Shown one piece after another: positions 41,111 to 50,675 of a DNA stretch of 64,000 nucleotides. The stretch lies in contig CBDCTK010000002.1 of the NCBI GenBank assembly GCA_965222225.1, positions 480,001 to 544,000 of the forward strand, read 5' to 3'. Each line of letters begins with the position of its first letter. Within the stretch, counting starts at the first letter, position 1. This DNA comes from Candidatus Poribacteria bacterium (GTDB taxonomy: Bacteria > Poribacteria > WGA-4E > JAJDTR01). The translations under genes were made by a program, and so were the position numbers. Under the pieces are notes generated by a model. That model was not told the origin of the DNA. It did not search any database and saw nothing but the letters and a program-made list of their open reading frames with translations.

Positions 41111-44100
41111 TGGTACCTAAAACCGGTTCTGTCCAGTTACGCATGGCTAATCCATTGCTTATGCAGAAACATGAAATGAGGACATTCCTGCGATCCGTAT
41201 GTCTCGTGCTATTCTTGTTTTCGGGGAACGCACTGGCAAATGAACTTACAGGGGTAGAGATTGCCACGCGCGCCGACGAGGCTACGGTGTTAATAGGCAC
41301 TGGAGATTCGAATCTGTCTGAATTCGGGCAGGGGAGTGGGTTCTTTGTGACACCCAATCTGATAGTAACTAATTATCACGTCATCAAAGGCGCTTCAATA
41401 GTTGCCTACATGCGTTATGGTCAGGAACAGTTCCATTCTATCGATTCGATTCGCGATGTCGAATCGAATTACGATTTGGCAGTTTTGAAAGTCCCATCGA
41501 CTCGAGTAAATCCGCTCTACCTAGGCGACAGTGATACTGTCAAAAAAGGGGAAACGGTATATGTTGCAGGTAATCCGCATGGGCTTGTAGGGACAATTTC
41601 AAAGGGCATAATTAGTGGTCAACAAACGAGCCCAGGATACAACTTCATCCGGAAAGGGGCGAACTTGATTCAGTTTGAGGCCTCGGTTGCCCATGGGAGC
41701 AGCGGAGGTCCTGTCCTTAACGGACGTGGTGAAGTCATAGGTGTTGTCTCGTTCGGTATTGGAGATTCTGCTACCGGTGATTTCAATTTCGCCATTCCTT
41801 CAAATTATCTTAAGACTATGCTTCGGAAGCTCGGTGTCCGATTACCGAGCAAACCACAAGCAGACAGTGGGTCATCGAAACGTAGGAACGAAAAGAAAGC
41901 CCAAGCCGATGCAGAAAGAGCCATAGCTGAAGCAAGAAAACTCGAAGCTGAAGCAAGAAAAGCCGAGGCGGAAGCAAGAAAAGCCGAAGCGGAGCGTGAC
42001 AAAGCTGAAGCCGAAAAAGTGAAAATGGAGGCGAAGAAAGCCCAAGCCGAACTTGCCAAACCAGAACCGGTGCGGCCCAAAAAGGAAAAAGTAAAAGTCT
42101 CAAATTCTAAAACGGCCATAATTGATCGACTCCACGCTGCGACCGTGCACGTCTACGGAAAAGATCGAAATGGAAGGCAAGGGCGCTTGGGAACCGGATT
42201 CTTCGTGCGCGAGAATCAGGTGGCAACCGACTTTCACGTCGTTGACGGTTCTACTTTAAAAGGAATAAAGCTTATTGGGCAAGGCACTCAATCCATGGGT
42301 GGGCTGCACGTCGCACGGCTTCTTAAGACGGATAAAGCACACCATTTGGCAATTCTGCAGGTCAAAGGCGCAGATGTTCAGCCGCTTCGTCTCGCAAACA
42401 GTGAGGAGGTTGACATTGACGAAGAAATTTCCTTAGTCGGAAATCCCTCAAGCGGTGAGTTATCGGAAGGGAAAATTAGTAAAATTCTGGATGAAGAGGG
42501 AGTCCGATACTTCGAGTTTGATGCTCCCGTGTCACCCGGGAGCAGCGGCGGTCCGATCGTAAACACTAGAGGTGAAGTCATAGCTGTTACCGCGCTAAAA
42601 GTTGTAGCAATCACTGGAACTCTCAAGAACGCCATTCCGTCAAACTATCTCGCCGAGCTTCTCGCTGGAAAAGGTGACCCACCTTTACACCCGCCGCCTC
42701 CTAAGCCCAAAGTTTCCCCAAAGCCAGTGTCTTCCTCTGAACCCTCGCCGTATGGAGATTGGCTTGAGAGAGGCATTGAACGCTATGAACAGGCGCAATT
42801 TGATGACGCAATTCGACTCTTAGAGTCTGCCTTGGACGGACTGACCCATCCGGAAAATCAAGCCAAAGCGCATCTTTACTTGGGGTTTTCCAGAAGGGGC
42901 CGCGGGGAATTGCAGGAGAGCGTGATCGCCGAGTTTCGAGAAGCACTTAGCCACGATCCCGATATAGAATTGCCGCCGCAGGTAGGTCAAAACCACCCGG
43001 TTTTCAAACCATTGCTTGAGAAGACTCGTGAGGATGCTACCGGCACTTTGACAGTAAACGCCTCCCCGCCTCAAACCCAAATCAAGATTGTTGGAAGTCA
43101 TGGGGAGATTATCGACGAGGCTGCCGGAAGCGTAAATAGCTGCCGGCTATTCAAAGGTGATTACACCGTGACATGCACTCTCGGAGAAGCAACTAACTTG
43201 AAGACTGTACGCATCGTTCCTGGCGTTCACTATATACTTGATCGTGAAATCACGAGAATGCCTTCTACGAGCCGAGAACTTACCTTGGAGCTAGACCGTA
43301 TGGTAAAACCTCAGCGGGTTGACGTCCACTTTGAAATATATGGCCCCTCCGGCAATGAATTGAATCGGGGCGTTAAACAGATGCAGTTGCAGGGAGAAAA
43401 GCCTGATTTAGGTACGTGGGTCTATCATGTGAATTGGCCTCCGTCTACTCCTGCGGGTCGATTAGCGTATCGCATTAAAGTCGATGGAGAAGATATAATA
43501 CCTATTCCACCGCCCGAAATTGTCATTCTGGAACCGCCGACCGATGCTTGGGTCTATATCAATCAAGCTTTTGACCTCAAAGCCAGGGTAACAAGCGACA
43601 TCCAACTTACGGAAGTTCTCGTTCATTACAGCGATGCATCAAAGAAACTTCGGAAAATGGACACTCCGGATACCTACATCGGCACAGTTACGGCGAGAGA
43701 CAAGCGGAAAGCGGGCACTATCTGGTATTTTGTCACGGCGAAGGATCAAGAAGGAAAGATATCACGGTCGGAGGTTAGATTAGTTGAAATCAAGCGGCTA
43801 GACGATGAAACTGATACAGATTCTGTTCCTCCTCCCGAAATTACCGTCTTGGCGCCGCGTGGCTCCGCAGTGTTGCCAATCAATGAACCGATTGAAATCA
43901 AAGCGGAGGTGAAATCTAGCGCGCCCCTCAAAGAAGTTCGCGTCTTCTATAATTCTGAAAGAAAACAACTTTCTGAGACCTCGCCATCCTCAATGCTTGA
44001 AAACAAATCATCGGACACGTACATCGGGAAAATCCCGAAGGAGCACAACCGGGAAGAGGGCTATATTTGGTATTTTGTCACGGCGACGACTGAAAAAGGG

Positions 44101-44721
44101 GTGAAGTCACAGACGGAAGATAGCGTGATCGAAGTCAAAAAACTGCCGACCTGGAGGCACGAAGGCGTATGGGCAAGTCATTCGTGGTCTAGCCATGTCG
44201 CTGAGGACACTCGCTTTGTATCGGATTGGGAGAGGGGTAATCTGGTTAGCCTCGCCTATCTTAGAGAGGGCAAGGGTTTCCAAATACTTGGCGCGCAGTT
44301 GGATTTCGGCTATGAAAATCCAATCAACACAAGCGCAATAGTTCAGTGGGGCCCCCGGATGAAAGAAAGCGCCATCGCGTTTGCATTCCTCGCGGGCATT
44401 GCGGGTTATCGGGATTCGGACTCCGATCTCGTGCAAAACTCGAATAGGCCGACGCAACTTACACCTCTTGTCGGCGGCAGTTTGAAGTTCTATCCGCTAG
44501 ATAGAGCCTCGATTGATTTCGCGGGTTCGATAAAACTTCGTTCGACAAACGGTGCGGGAGACAGAGAATCCGACTTCACCCGGACGCTTCTTCATCATTA
44601 TGAGATGGGAATCCGTCTTTACATAAGCCCGACGTTGAATCTCAAAGCCGGATACGGTAAATGGAGATTGGGAGAATACGACAATACGAGTGTGCAAGTT
44701 GGACTAGGAGCTACGTTCTAA
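41107..44721 (+). CDS. secreted multidomain protease: two trypsin-like domains, coiled-coil linker, TPR, Ig-like repeats, C-terminal outer-membrane beta-barrel
   Basis: Signal peptide MRTFLRSVCLVLFLFSGNALA (alternative starts 41161/41176); GSGFFV/TNYHV/DLAVL/GSSGGP and GTGFFV/TDFHV/HLAIL/GSSGGP; amphipathic strands ending VQVGLGATF. ATGA overlap with the kinase stop. Confidence 0.83.
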   Translation: MMVPKTGSVQLRMANPLLMQKHEMRTFLRSVCLVLFLFSGNALANELTGVEIATRADEATVLIGTGDSNLSEFGQGSGFFVTPNLIVTNYHVIKGASIVAYMRYGQEQFHSIDSIRDVESNYDLAVLKVPSTRVNPLYLGDSDTVKKGETVYVAGNPHGLVGTISKGIISGQQTSPGYNFIRKGANLIQFEASVAHGSSGGPVLNGRGEVIGVVSFGIGDSATGDFNFAIPSNYLKTMLRKLGVRLPSKPQADSGSSKRRNEKKAQADAERAIAEARKLEAEARKAEAEARKAEAERDKAEAEKVKMEAKKAQAELAKPEPVRPKKEKVKVSNSKTAIIDRLHAATVHVYGKDRNGRQGRLGTGFFVRENQVATDFHVVDGSTLKGIKLIGQGTQSMGGLHVARLLKTDKAHHLAILQVKGADVQPLRLANSEEVDIDEEISLVGNPSSGELSEGKISKILDEEGVRYFEFDAPVSPGSSGGPIVNTRGEVIAVTALKVVAITGTLKNAIPSNYLAELLAGKGDPPLHPPPPKPKVSPKPVSSSEPSPYGDWLERGIERYEQAQFDDAIRLLESALDGLTHPENQAKAHLYLGFSRRGRGELQESVIAEFREALSHDPDIELPPQVGQNHPVFKPLLEKTREDATGTLTVNASPPQTQIKIVGSHGEIIDEAAGSVNSCRLFKGDYTVTCTLGEATNLKTVRIVPGVHYILDREITRMPSTSRELTLELDRMVKPQRVDVHFEIYGPSGNELNRGVKQMQLQGEKPDLGTWVYHVNWPPSTPAGRLAYRIKVDGEDIIPIPPPEIVILEPPTDAWVYINQAFDLKARVTSDIQLTEVLVHYSDASKKLRKMDTPDTYIGTVTARDKRKAGTIWYFVTAKDQEGKISRSEVRLVEIKRLDDETDTDSVPPPEITVLAPRGSAVLPINEPIEIKAEVKSSAPLKEVRVFYNSERKQLSETSPSSMLENKSSDTYIGKIPKEHNREEGYIWYFVTATTEKGVKSQTEDSVIEVKKLPTWRHEGVWASHSWSSHVAEDTRFVSDWERGNLVSLAYLREGKGFQILGAQLDFGYENPINTSAIVQWGPRMKESAIAFAFLAGIAGYRDSDSDLVQNSNRPTQLTPLVGGSLKFYPLDRASIDFAGSIKLRSTNGAGDRESDFTRTLLHHYEMGIRLYISPTLNLKAGYGKWRLGEYDNTSVQVGLGATF

Positions 44722-44843
44722 AGCTAAATATTGCCGTCATACGCGGATTTTTGCAGAATAACCGCCATGCTAGAGTGTATCGGGTTCCATGCCCGAGTAC
44801 GGCGCCTACTCATTAACTTTTGAAAACAAAGGAACAAGTCAAG

Positions 44844-46025
44844 ATGCCGTTTGAATTTCAACACACACGGGGGATTAGGTGCTCTCAACATTCACCCCAA
44901 CCCAACTTTGATGTGGACAAAATCTATTCTCTTCAGATCAACATTGATGATGTTATTTTCCGCAGTCTCCAAGGTAAGGACTGGGACACTATCTGTCGAA
45001 CAGTGGATATCGGACACAATTGGTTCCAATGCCCCGGCTGTGTTCGTGCCAGTCGCGCATGGCAAAGCGCAGTAGAAGATTATTGCTGTCGTAATCATAT
45101 TCACTTGACATGCGAGGAGCGACAGTTGTTAAGTTATACCGATACCCCCATGATGAACGTATTAAAGGTAGGTATTCCGAAAGGCACATTGCAGGAATCT
45201 ACGCTTAAATTTTTCAAGAAGGCAGGCTACACCATAAATATCGGCAGCAGATCCTACTATCCGAGTATCGACGACGACGAGATCGAGGCGATGTTGCTCC
45301 GACCGCAGGATATGGCGCTCTATGTTGAACGGGGCGTGATTGACATAGGACTCGCCGGGAGTGATTGGGTGCGCGAGTGCAAGGCTGATGTGCTTGAAGT
45401 TGGGGCTCTCACCTACAGCAAACAGACCAACCGTCCGGCGCGTTGGGTGTTAGCCGTGGCAGAAGACTCTCCAATCAAATCCGTTGCGGATCTTGAGGGG
45501 AAGATTGTTTTTACTGAGTTGGTTGAAGCAACGAAAAGCTATCTTGTCGATAACGGAGTGAATGCGACGGTTAAGTTCTCCCATGGAGCAACAGAGGTAA
45601 AAATTCCTCACTTATGTGACGCGATTGTGGAAATCACCGAGACAGGAAGTTCGTTGAGAGCAAATCGGCTGAGAATTGTCGATGTTGTCTTGCAGTCCGT
45701 GACAACGCTTGTCGTCAACAAAGAGAGTTGGGCGAACGAGTGGAAGCGCACGAAAATCGAGAACCTATACCTGTTACTGTCGGGCGCCTTGGCAGCGGAG
45801 GAGAAGGTCGGACTGAAAATGAATATTTCAGACGAAAATCTGAAATCCGTATTGGCAATCTTGCCTGCCATGAAAAAACCGACAATCTCTTCGCTAAGCG
45901 AGGACGGTTGGCGTGCGGTTGAAACAATTATCGATGAGCATATCGTGCGGGATCTCATCCCGGAATTGAAGCGGGTCGGCGCGGAAGGGATAATTGAATA
46001 CCCGTTAAACAAGGTCATACCCTAG
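44844..46025 (+). CDS. hisG: ATP phosphoribosyltransferase (long form); conserved core starts at 45150, with a possible 102-aa N-terminal extension
   Basis: [53 protein letters not shown]. Start site uncertain. Confidence 0.9.
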   Translation: MPFEFQHTRGIRCSQHSPQPNFDVDKIYSLQINIDDVIFRSLQGKDWDTICRTVDIGHNWFQCPGCVRASRAWQSAVEDYCCRNHIHLTCEERQLLSYTDTPMMNVLKVGIPKGTLQESTLKFFKKAGYTINIGSRSYYPSIDDDEIEAMLLRPQDMALYVERGVIDIGLAGSDWVRECKADVLEVGALTYSKQTNRPARWVLAVAEDSPIKSVADLEGKIVFTELVEATKSYLVDNGVNATVKFSHGATEVKIPHLCDAIVEITETGSSLRANRLRIVDVVLQSVTTLVVNKESWANEWKRTKIENLYLLLSGALAAEEKVGLKMNISDENLKSVLAILPAMKKPTISSLSEDGWRAVETIIDEHIVRDLIPELKRVGAEGIIEYPLNKVIP

Positions 46026-46046
46026 CACGTGCCGTGCGTGACCTAC
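46025..46046 (-). repeat. GTAG-type REP
   Basis: Minus strand GTAGGTCACGCACGGCACGTGC, an imperfect palindrome directly after hisG. Confidence 0.5.
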
Positions 46047-46258
46047 TAACTTTCGTGGCAGTCTTCCAACGCAGACGATGTGAAGGATGTTCCGATTCTC
46101 GGTGCGGCGAATCGGTCTAGAAAAATCATGGCACTGGATAGCGCTCAATCGTAGGCAATAGGTATAGACACATTCTGCTGCTGAATCTGACGATTCAACG
46201 GAATCATATTAGGAACTACAGACAAACCAAACACAAACAAGATGGATAAGGAGTTGAA

Positions 46259-47755
46259 ATGAACGTCAACGTTACAGTTGGTGATTTCAAATCGGCGGCA
46301 GTTGATGCCCTCGTCATCGGTGTTTTTGAAGGCGAAGAATCTGGGAGAAGCGGAATCGTCCAGATGGCGGATGAAGCATTGGATGGCGCGCTTCGCAGGT
46401 TGGTTGATTTGGGAGATTTTGAGGGCAAACACAAACAAACGGCTATTCTCTATACGAAAGACGCCATCACAGCCCCTCGGCTCGCCGTTGTCGGCATGGG
46501 CAAATCGGATGAATTTGATGCCGAAAAAGCACGTGAAGCGGCGGGTGAAATTGCCTGTCAGCTCCGAGACCTTGGCGTTAAAACGATTGCAATCCCGACG
46601 CCGTCGGACGCGCCGCCTGAAATGATTCAAGCGGCAACCGAAGGGAGTCTTCTTGCGCTGTACCAGTTCAATCAACATAAAACCGAAGGGCTCGACGACG
46701 TAAAAGAGCTTGATGCCATAACATTTCTTGTTTCGGATGAGGACGGAATATCTACCCTAGAGGCAGCTGTAGCACTCGGCAGCGCCATCGCACGCGGGAC
46801 GATGCTTGCCCGCGATTTGAGCAATCAACCGGGCAATAAACTGACACCGACCATCTTGGCTGAGAAAGCGCAGGAGGTCGCGGATGGGACAGGACTGACA
46901 TGCGAGATTTTCGATTTAGCGAAGTTAAAGGAAAAAGGGTTTGGAACATTAATCGCGGTTGCTCAAGGGAGCCAAGAGGAACCGAGGTTCATCACGCTAG
47001 AGTATATTCCCGATGGTGAGAAGAGGGAAACCGTTGTGTTTGTGGGGAAAGGAATCACGTTCGACTCCGGTGGAATCTCGCTGAAACCCGGGAAGGGCAT
47101 GGAGGAGATGAAGCACGATATGTCGGGCGCTGCGGCAGTGCTCGGTGCGATGCAGGTCATCGGTAATATCAAACCAAATCTGCACGTTGTCGGTTTGATC
47201 GCCGCAAGTGAAAATATGCCGAGTGGCACTGCGATTAAGCCCGGAGATGTTGTTACCTCTTATAGTGGCAAAACGGTTGAAATTATCAATACGGATGCCG
47301 AGGGGCGGTTGGTTCTCGCCGATGCCTTGGGCTATGCCGGGCGCTATGAGCCGCAGGCTGTGATTGATCTTGCTACGCTGACGGGAGCGGTTATCGTAGC
47401 GTTGGGGAATTTCACTGCGGGGATGATGGGAACGGATCAGGACTTGATGAATCGACTCCAAGCTGCCGGAGAAAAAACACACGAAAGAGTATGGCAGTTA
47501 CCGTTGTGGGATGACTACGACGAGCAGGTCAAGAGCGATACCGCAGACGCGAAGAATATCGGCGACGGAACCGCTGGCACAATCGCGGGAGCGGTTTTCT
47601 TGAAGAAGTTCGCAGAGGGTTACCCCTGGGTTCACTTGGACATTGCCGGCACAGCTTGGGATATGAAAGGTTCATCTTATGTGCCCAAAACTGCGTCGGG
47701 ATTCGGTGTGCGTCTCCTGGTGCAACTTGCTCAAGATTGGGGGACGGAAACATGA
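46259..47755 (+). CDS. pepA: leucyl aminopeptidase (M17)
   Basis: VGKGITFDSGG, MKHDMSG, NTDAEGRL, DLATLTG, HLDIAG. Confidence 0.96.
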   Translation: MNVNVTVGDFKSAAVDALVIGVFEGEESGRSGIVQMADEALDGALRRLVDLGDFEGKHKQTAILYTKDAITAPRLAVVGMGKSDEFDAEKAREAAGEIACQLRDLGVKTIAIPTPSDAPPEMIQAATEGSLLALYQFNQHKTEGLDDVKELDAITFLVSDEDGISTLEAAVALGSAIARGTMLARDLSNQPGNKLTPTILAEKAQEVADGTGLTCEIFDLAKLKEKGFGTLIAVAQGSQEEPRFITLEYIPDGEKRETVVFVGKGITFDSGGISLKPGKGMEEMKHDMSGAAAVLGAMQVIGNIKPNLHVVGLIAASENMPSGTAIKPGDVVTSYSGKTVEIINTDAEGRLVLADALGYAGRYEPQAVIDLATLTGAVIVALGNFTAGMMGTDQDLMNRLQAAGEKTHERVWQLPLWDDYDEQVKSDTADAKNIGDGTAGTIAGAVFLKKFAEGYPWVHLDIAGTAWDMKGSSYVPKTASGFGVRLLVQLAQDWGTET

Positions 47756-47847
47756 TTTGGTCGAAACATCCTCAAATCACGAACGCCGTAAGGCGACAAA
47801 ATGCGCTATAAAGATTTAAATTCTCAGCATGGCACCGCGGAGGGATT

Positions 47848-48876
47848 TTGTTAAAGCAACAGATTTTGTGTGCTTTGTTCATCATATTAGTAGCCGCTGG
47901 CTGCGGAGATGCGGAGCAGAAGCAGTTGAACGTGTTTGCTTGGGCAAATTATGTCAGCGACGAGATTCGATCCCCTTTTGAGAAAGAGTTTGGAGTGCGC
48001 GTGGTTGTTGATACATTCGCAAGCAACGAAGACTTGTTGACCAAGTTGCAATCGGGGGCGGCAGGTTACGATATTGTTATGCCATCCGATTTCATGGTCG
48101 GGGTTATGGTCAAGCGGAACCTGTTGGCGGAATTAGATCGCACCAACATTCCGAATTTCAAGAATATCAGCCCGCAGTTCTTGGGAAAATATTTTGATCC
48201 GGGAAACCTCTATTCGGTTCCTTATACTTGGGGTACGGCGGGGATTGCCTATGATTCGTCGAAGGTGAAACCGCCTCCCGATAGCTGGTCGGTTCTATGG
48301 GAAGAGAGATATAGCGGCAGTTTCAGCATGCTCGACGATCAACGCGAAGTGATTGGCGCGGCGCTGAAGTTGTTGGGGCACTCCGTCAACACGACCAACC
48401 CGGAGGAACTGGCGGCTGCGAAGCAGTTATTGATTGACCAGAAACCACTCGTGAAACTCTACAGAAGCGAAGCGGATGAGATTCTTAGTTCCGGTGACGT
48501 TGACATGGCGCACTGCTGGAGTGGCGACGCTTTTCGTGCGGCAGATAATCGACCTTCCTTAAAATATACCATTCCCAAAGAGGGATCGACCCAGTTTATT
48601 GACACGGTGTGCATTCCTGCGGCTGCACCTCATAAAGCGTTGGCTGAGAAATTCATTGATTATCTTCTTCGCCCTGAAGTCAACGCTAAAATTACCAATT
48701 TCACCAAATACGGGACGTGTGTCAGCGCCGCCAAGAATTACGTGTCGGAAAAATTGCGTAATGAACCCGGCATTTACCCGTCCGAGGAAGTGTTGAGCAG
48801 GATGGAGTCGCTCATTGACCTCAAGGATTTTACTGTCCAATACAATCGTGCTTGGGAGGAAATTAAAGCCCAATAA
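47848..48876 (+). CDS. potD: spermidine/putrescine ABC substrate-binding lipoprotein
   Basis: Lipobox AAGC; FASNE, YDIVMPSDFM, VPYTWGT, WSGD, PKEGS. Confidence 0.82.
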   Translation: MLKQQILCALFIILVAAGCGDAEQKQLNVFAWANYVSDEIRSPFEKEFGVRVVVDTFASNEDLLTKLQSGAAGYDIVMPSDFMVGVMVKRNLLAELDRTNIPNFKNISPQFLGKYFDPGNLYSVPYTWGTAGIAYDSSKVKPPPDSWSVLWEERYSGSFSMLDDQREVIGAALKLLGHSVNTTNPEELAAAKQLLIDQKPLVKLYRSEADEILSSGDVDMAHCWSGDAFRAADNRPSLKYTIPKEGSTQFIDTVCIPAAAPHKALAEKFIDYLLRPEVNAKITNFTKYGTCVSAAKNYVSEKLRNEPGIYPSEEVLSRMESLIDLKDFTVQYNRAWEEIKAQ

Positions 48877-48887
48877 GCCCCTCCGTA

Positions 48888-49799
48888 ATGCAGTACCATA
48901 TCTATTTTCGAATTAGTCGCGGCGGAATCGGCATCCCCTATGAACTAGCGAGAACAGAGTTTCAGGCGGTTTTCGGGAACTTCGGCTTGGAAATCACATG
49001 CGAGTCGTGGGCACGCCGACATATGCAGATTGAACTCAATCTCGCGCCCGTTGATGTCGAATCTTATGCCACAAATCTCGGCTATACGGAAGCCATTCTC
49101 CATCTGCACTCGGAACCGTATCACGACGAATCGCTATCCCCAGTTGAACGGGGAAGATGGCATGTCGGTTGGGTACGCCGACGCGAGCAAAAGGTGTATC
49201 AAACGGAAGTGTACGTTCAGGATGCCGAAGCGCTCTTGGCATACGCGCCGGATAAACGCGAGTTTCAGATTAAACAGGCGGGCGAGAAACGGAAGGCGTT
49301 TGGGCATCACGCTCACCGAGCGATGTCTGTTCTGGATGTACGATTCCTGTACAACATCGCCAAGGCGTCACCAGTTGATTTAATTCTGGATCCGTTTGCC
49401 GGATATGGGGGCATCGTCTTTGAGGGCAGGTGCCGCGGTCTATCAGTAATCGCTTCAGATATTGATTTCAGTCTGTCTCCGGGGCTTTCAGCGCTTACGA
49501 CAAGCAACTATTTTGTTGCTGATGCTCGTTCGCTGCCACTGGCTGCAAATAGTATTGATTTGATTATCACAGAACCACCATTTCGTACTGCTCACCGGCA
49601 AGCGGTTATGGACTCAATTCCGGTACTTCATCGTGCACTTAAACCGGATGGACGGATGATTCTCCTGATATCCACAGACATGTGCGACGCAGCCTGCACA
49701 ACCTTTGAGCAGCTTGGGGAAAAAATCAACATTGTCGGCGTCATTCCGCGAGGCGGAGGGTTGAAATGTCCGGTAGTAGAGGTTAAATGTGTCCGTTAG
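48888..49799 (+). CDS. SAM-dependent methyltransferase (Trm11/RNA methylase-like)
   Basis: ILDPFAGYGG, ASDID, DARSLPL, IITEPPF. Confidence 0.75.
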   Translation: MQYHIYFRISRGGIGIPYELARTEFQAVFGNFGLEITCESWARRHMQIELNLAPVDVESYATNLGYTEAILHLHSEPYHDESLSPVERGRWHVGWVRRREQKVYQTEVYVQDAEALLAYAPDKREFQIKQAGEKRKAFGHHAHRAMSVLDVRFLYNIAKASPVDLILDPFAGYGGIVFEGRCRGLSVIASDIDFSLSPGLSALTTSNYFVADARSLPLAANSIDLIITEPPFRTAHRQAVMDSIPVLHRALKPDGRMILLISTDMCDAACTTFEQLGEKINIVGVIPRGGGLKCPVVEVKCVR

Positions 49800-49912
49800 A
49801 GTGTAAGGCCAACCGCAGGCTGTTGACTCCAGATGAATTGGACCGTCACAAACGGTGCTTCTACTCCTTAGAATCGGGTGTGATTGCGCCATCGTTACGC
49901 AAAAAATAAGAA

Positions 49913-49941
49913 TTGACATGAAAATCTTATCCAGCTATAAT
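49913..49941 (+). promoter_or_regulatory. consensus sigma70 promoter
   Basis: TTGACA-N17-TATAAT, perfect match. Confidence 0.85.
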
Positions 49942-49991
49942 GCCCATCCCTTTAGATCGCAGTCATTTAAGAACAAATCTTTCCATTTTTT

Positions 49992-50019
49992 GAACGGTTT
50001 TTGTGGTTTAGGTGTCTAA
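49992..50019 (+). promoter_or_regulatory. putative ECF autoregulatory promoter
   Basis: GAACgg-N16-GTCTAA upstream of the ECF sigma gene, resembling the sigmaE-type consensus. Confidence 0.55.
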
Positions 50020-50065
50020 ACGTCATGAATTGAGGCCAGTAATCTTTTCATAGGGAGCATTTCTA

Positions 50066-50671
50066 GTGGAGCGAACTGAAGCCCTGCTCGTTGCCGACCT
50101 CCTTGAAGGAGATACAACAGCGTTAGCTTCCATTGTTGAAAAATATGGCAAGTTAGTGTACAGGCTCGCGATTCAAATTACCAAGAATCATGAGGATGCG
50201 AACGATGTCATGCAGGAAACCTTCCTGAAGGTGTACGAATCAATTGAGGGCTTCCGAAAGGAATCCGCTTTTGAAACATGGCTCTATCGCATCATCGTGA
50301 ATCAAGCATTGAATTTAGTCAGGCGACGAGATCTGCGCCGTGAATCCTCCCTTGCGGATGAGAATGAAATTGACCCCCGGTTCAATCTTCGGGGAAGTAG
50401 CGGCTACCCCAACAGTCCTCACGACGATGTCGAAAAGAAGGAACTTCAAAAGTGGGTGACCCAAGCTGTGGATAGTTTGCCAGCCAAGCACCGCACAGTT
50501 GTTATTCTGCACGAATTTGAAGGATTAACTCACCCTCAAATCGCAACGATTCTCAACTGTTCCGAGGGGACTGTTCGCTCCCGCCTCCACTATGCACGCC
50601 GTAAATTGCGCGATTTATTAAAGCCTTATGTAGATGGCGTCAATCGTCCACGCGAAAAAGAGAGGGACTAA
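50066..50671 (+). CDS. ECF RNA polymerase sigma factor
   Basis: DANDVMQETFLK, FETWLYRI, EGLTHPQIATILNCSEGTVRSRLHYAR. Confidence 0.95.
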   Translation: MERTEALLVADLLEGDTTALASIVEKYGKLVYRLAIQITKNHEDANDVMQETFLKVYESIEGFRKESAFETWLYRIIVNQALNLVRRRDLRRESSLADENEIDPRFNLRGSSGYPNSPHDDVEKKELQKWVTQAVDSLPAKHRTVVILHEFEGLTHPQIATILNCSEGTVRSRLHYARRKLRDLLKPYVDGVNRPREKERD

Positions 50672-50675
50672 GAAG

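Noticed and set aside
41925-42015. gaagcaagaaaa repeats at 21-nt spacing (possible CRISPR or VNTR)
   Set aside because: They encode the AEARKAE coiled-coil heptads inside a CDS; no spacers and no cas genes.
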